Shown here in pieces: positions 63,008 to 64,000 of a stretch of DNA of 64,000 nucleotides; the stretch's first letter is position 1; each line of letters opens with the position of its first letter. Where the stretch lies: positions 4,725,628 to 4,789,627 of the forward strand of contig OZ244198.1 of the NCBI GenBank assembly GCA_965216735.1. The letters run 5' to 3'. Below the pieces are notes generated by a model. The model did no database searches. It had not been told where the DNA came from and was given only the letters and a program-made list of their open reading frames with translations. This stretch comes from Arenicellales bacterium. GTDB taxonomy: Bacteria; Pseudomonadota; Gammaproteobacteria; Arenicellales; CBDCFT01. The translations under genes were made by a program, and so were the position numbers.

Positions 63008-64000
63008 GTGAAATTACTACGGTTAAACATCGTAATCTTAGTATTGCTCATAGTGAGCGGGGTTCTGTTTTGGCTATCGATGCCACAGATTCTGGAAAGT
63101 CTGGTGCAGAGGCAATTGCAAAACCGGGGTTTTCTCGATGTCGACGTTAACATTGACTCAGTTTCAACGGACGAAATTGCGGTCGATTCCATTCGATTTG
63201 GTGCAACGGACAATACATGGCGCGTAAATGGAAAAAATATCGTCACGTCGTTTGACTGGCGCGACTTGTTACGTGGAAATGTTCAGACTATTTCTGTCAA
63301 GCAATTGGCACTCAACCACACGCCACTTAATACCGGACAACGAAATGACTTCGCCTTGCAACCGTTGTTATTGGCGTTGAGTCAATCGTGGCAGCAACAA
63401 ATTCCATTCGATTCGTTGCTGGTCGATCGAGTCGATTTGTATTCGAGTCAAACAACGCCACCCATCGATGCCAGTGCACGCCTGGAAGTAAATAAGCGGG
63501 CAGAGGATTTACACGGTGAGATTGAGTTTGTATCGGACAATGGCGAATCTCGTTCATTGCAACTGAATTGGAATGAGGGCAAGGATTTAAGTCTCGACTT
63601 TATACCTCCATTTACTGCAGGTAGCAGGCCCGCCTATGTAGAGATAAAGCCGGTATCAAGCAATCAACTTGCCGGTGAAGTGAAAGTTGATTTGGATGCG
63701 TTGCGAGAATGGGCATCACCGCTAATTACGGTGACCAAGGGGCTTGAAGCGCATGGAGTTTTAGAGGTCGGTTTTACTATTGAAGAAATCGCCAAAGGGG
63801 TATCCAACTTAACATTGCTCGGTACCGGGCAGAACATACAAAGCTTTGATGTCGGCTTGGAATATTTGCAAACATCCACGAATGGAATACTTAAACAAAC
63901 TGACCAGGGTTTTGAGTTTACCTTTACCGACGACAACCATTTACAACTTCAAGAGTTGTCGGCTGGTGGCGCTAAACTAAAACGGGTGCGATTGCAACCC
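63008..64000 (+). CDS. N-terminal part of a large membrane-anchored protein (possibly YdbH/AsmA-like); continues past the right edge
   Basis: Absent from the ORF track because it runs off the edge. My translation from GTG 63008 gives VKLLRLNIVILVLLIVSGVLFWLSMPQILESLVQRQLQNRGFLDVDVNIDSVSTDEI... with no stop up to 64000. The family assignment is tentative. Confidence 0.5.
   Translation, partial: MKLLRLNIVILVLLIVSGVLFWLSMPQILESLVQRQLQNRGFLDVDVNIDSVSTDEIAVDSIRFGATDNTWRVNGKNIVTSFDWRDLLRGNVQTISVKQLALNHTPLNTGQRNDFALQPLLLALSQSWQQQIPFDSLLVDRVDLYSSQTTPPIDASARLEVNKRAEDLHGEIEFVSDNGESRSLQLNWNEGKDLSLDFIPPFTAGSRPAYVEIKPVSSNQLAGEVKVDLDALREWASPLITVTKGLEAHGVLEVGFTIEEIAKGVSNLTLLGTGQNIQSFDVGLEYLQTSTNGILKQTDQGFEFTFTDDNHLQLQELSAGGAKLKRVRLQP

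Noticed and set aside
1-64000. Search by eye for CRISPR arrays, tRNA/rRNA genes, IS elements, integrases or phage genes that would mark a mobile island.
   Set aside because: None recognised. The only repeats are the paralogous P genes, the 30-bp duplication, the 9-bp microsatellite and the short regulatory palindromes. tRNA detection by eye is unreliable, so tRNAscan-SE should confirm.

Overview
This 64-kb window looks like the chromosome of a Gram-negative bacterium, probably a gammaproteobacterium; that guess rests only on gene content such as yadG/yadH, a YhhQ-like gene and DUF1223. It is densely coding on both strands. I recognised no rRNA, tRNA, CRISPR array, transposase or integrase. 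All functional calls come from reading motifs by eye; no searches were run.

Layout:
- 1-13.4 kb: two DAO-type FAD oxidoreductases, an ADP-forming acyl-CoA synthetase, an acyl-CoA dehydrogenase, an FGE/SUMF1-domain protein, a LysR regulator, an M23 peptidase, a YhhQ-like transporter and a branched-chain aminotransferase.
- 13.7-29 kb: envelope lipoproteins and an OMP, an OmpR/HK pair, an M48 peptidase, two convergent LysR paralogues, and a phosphorelay (PAS/GAF kinase, REC-kinase hybrid, single REC).
- 43.9-64 kb: a type-2 IleRS, DUF1223, a methyltransferase, a fused ATP sulfurylase/APS kinase, a MATE pump, rhodanese, a Grx-like protein, an SLC13 permease, yadGH, flavoproteins, an aminotransferase, an AstE/AspA-family protein, a HAD hydrolase, and a partial large membrane protein at the right edge.

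Main candidate system (about 29.5-43.8 kb, plus an outlier gene at 20.6 kb):
- A family of six secreted proteins (P1-P6) shares a near-invariant Tat-like N-terminal module, RRKxLK ... LPxxWxKPxxDSVxLPAHAQTT, followed by a Thr/Pro-rich linker and then different payloads.
- These genes are interleaved with a PqqD-like RiPP recognition element, an HPr-kinase-like::GT2 fusion, a sulfotransferase, an NTP_transf_5-type nucleotidyltransferase, a Tat-signal small subunit with a GMC flavoprotein, a LuxR-type regulator and a vWA protein.
- There is no lasso cyclase, leader protease or other known RiPP core enzyme in the window.
- I propose RRE-guided cytoplasmic tailoring of Tat-exported proteins.

Other notable signals:
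- An Ile-type T-box leader with a terminator lies directly upstream of the type-2 ileS.
- Perfect TGTGA-N6-TCACA (CRP-like) palindromes recur, twice as 23-bp-spaced tandems in gene-poor gaps, one followed by an sRNA-like unit.
- A decayed second GMC gene lies between P5 and P6.
- A U-UUU-UUA slippery site interrupts a small membrane ORF.
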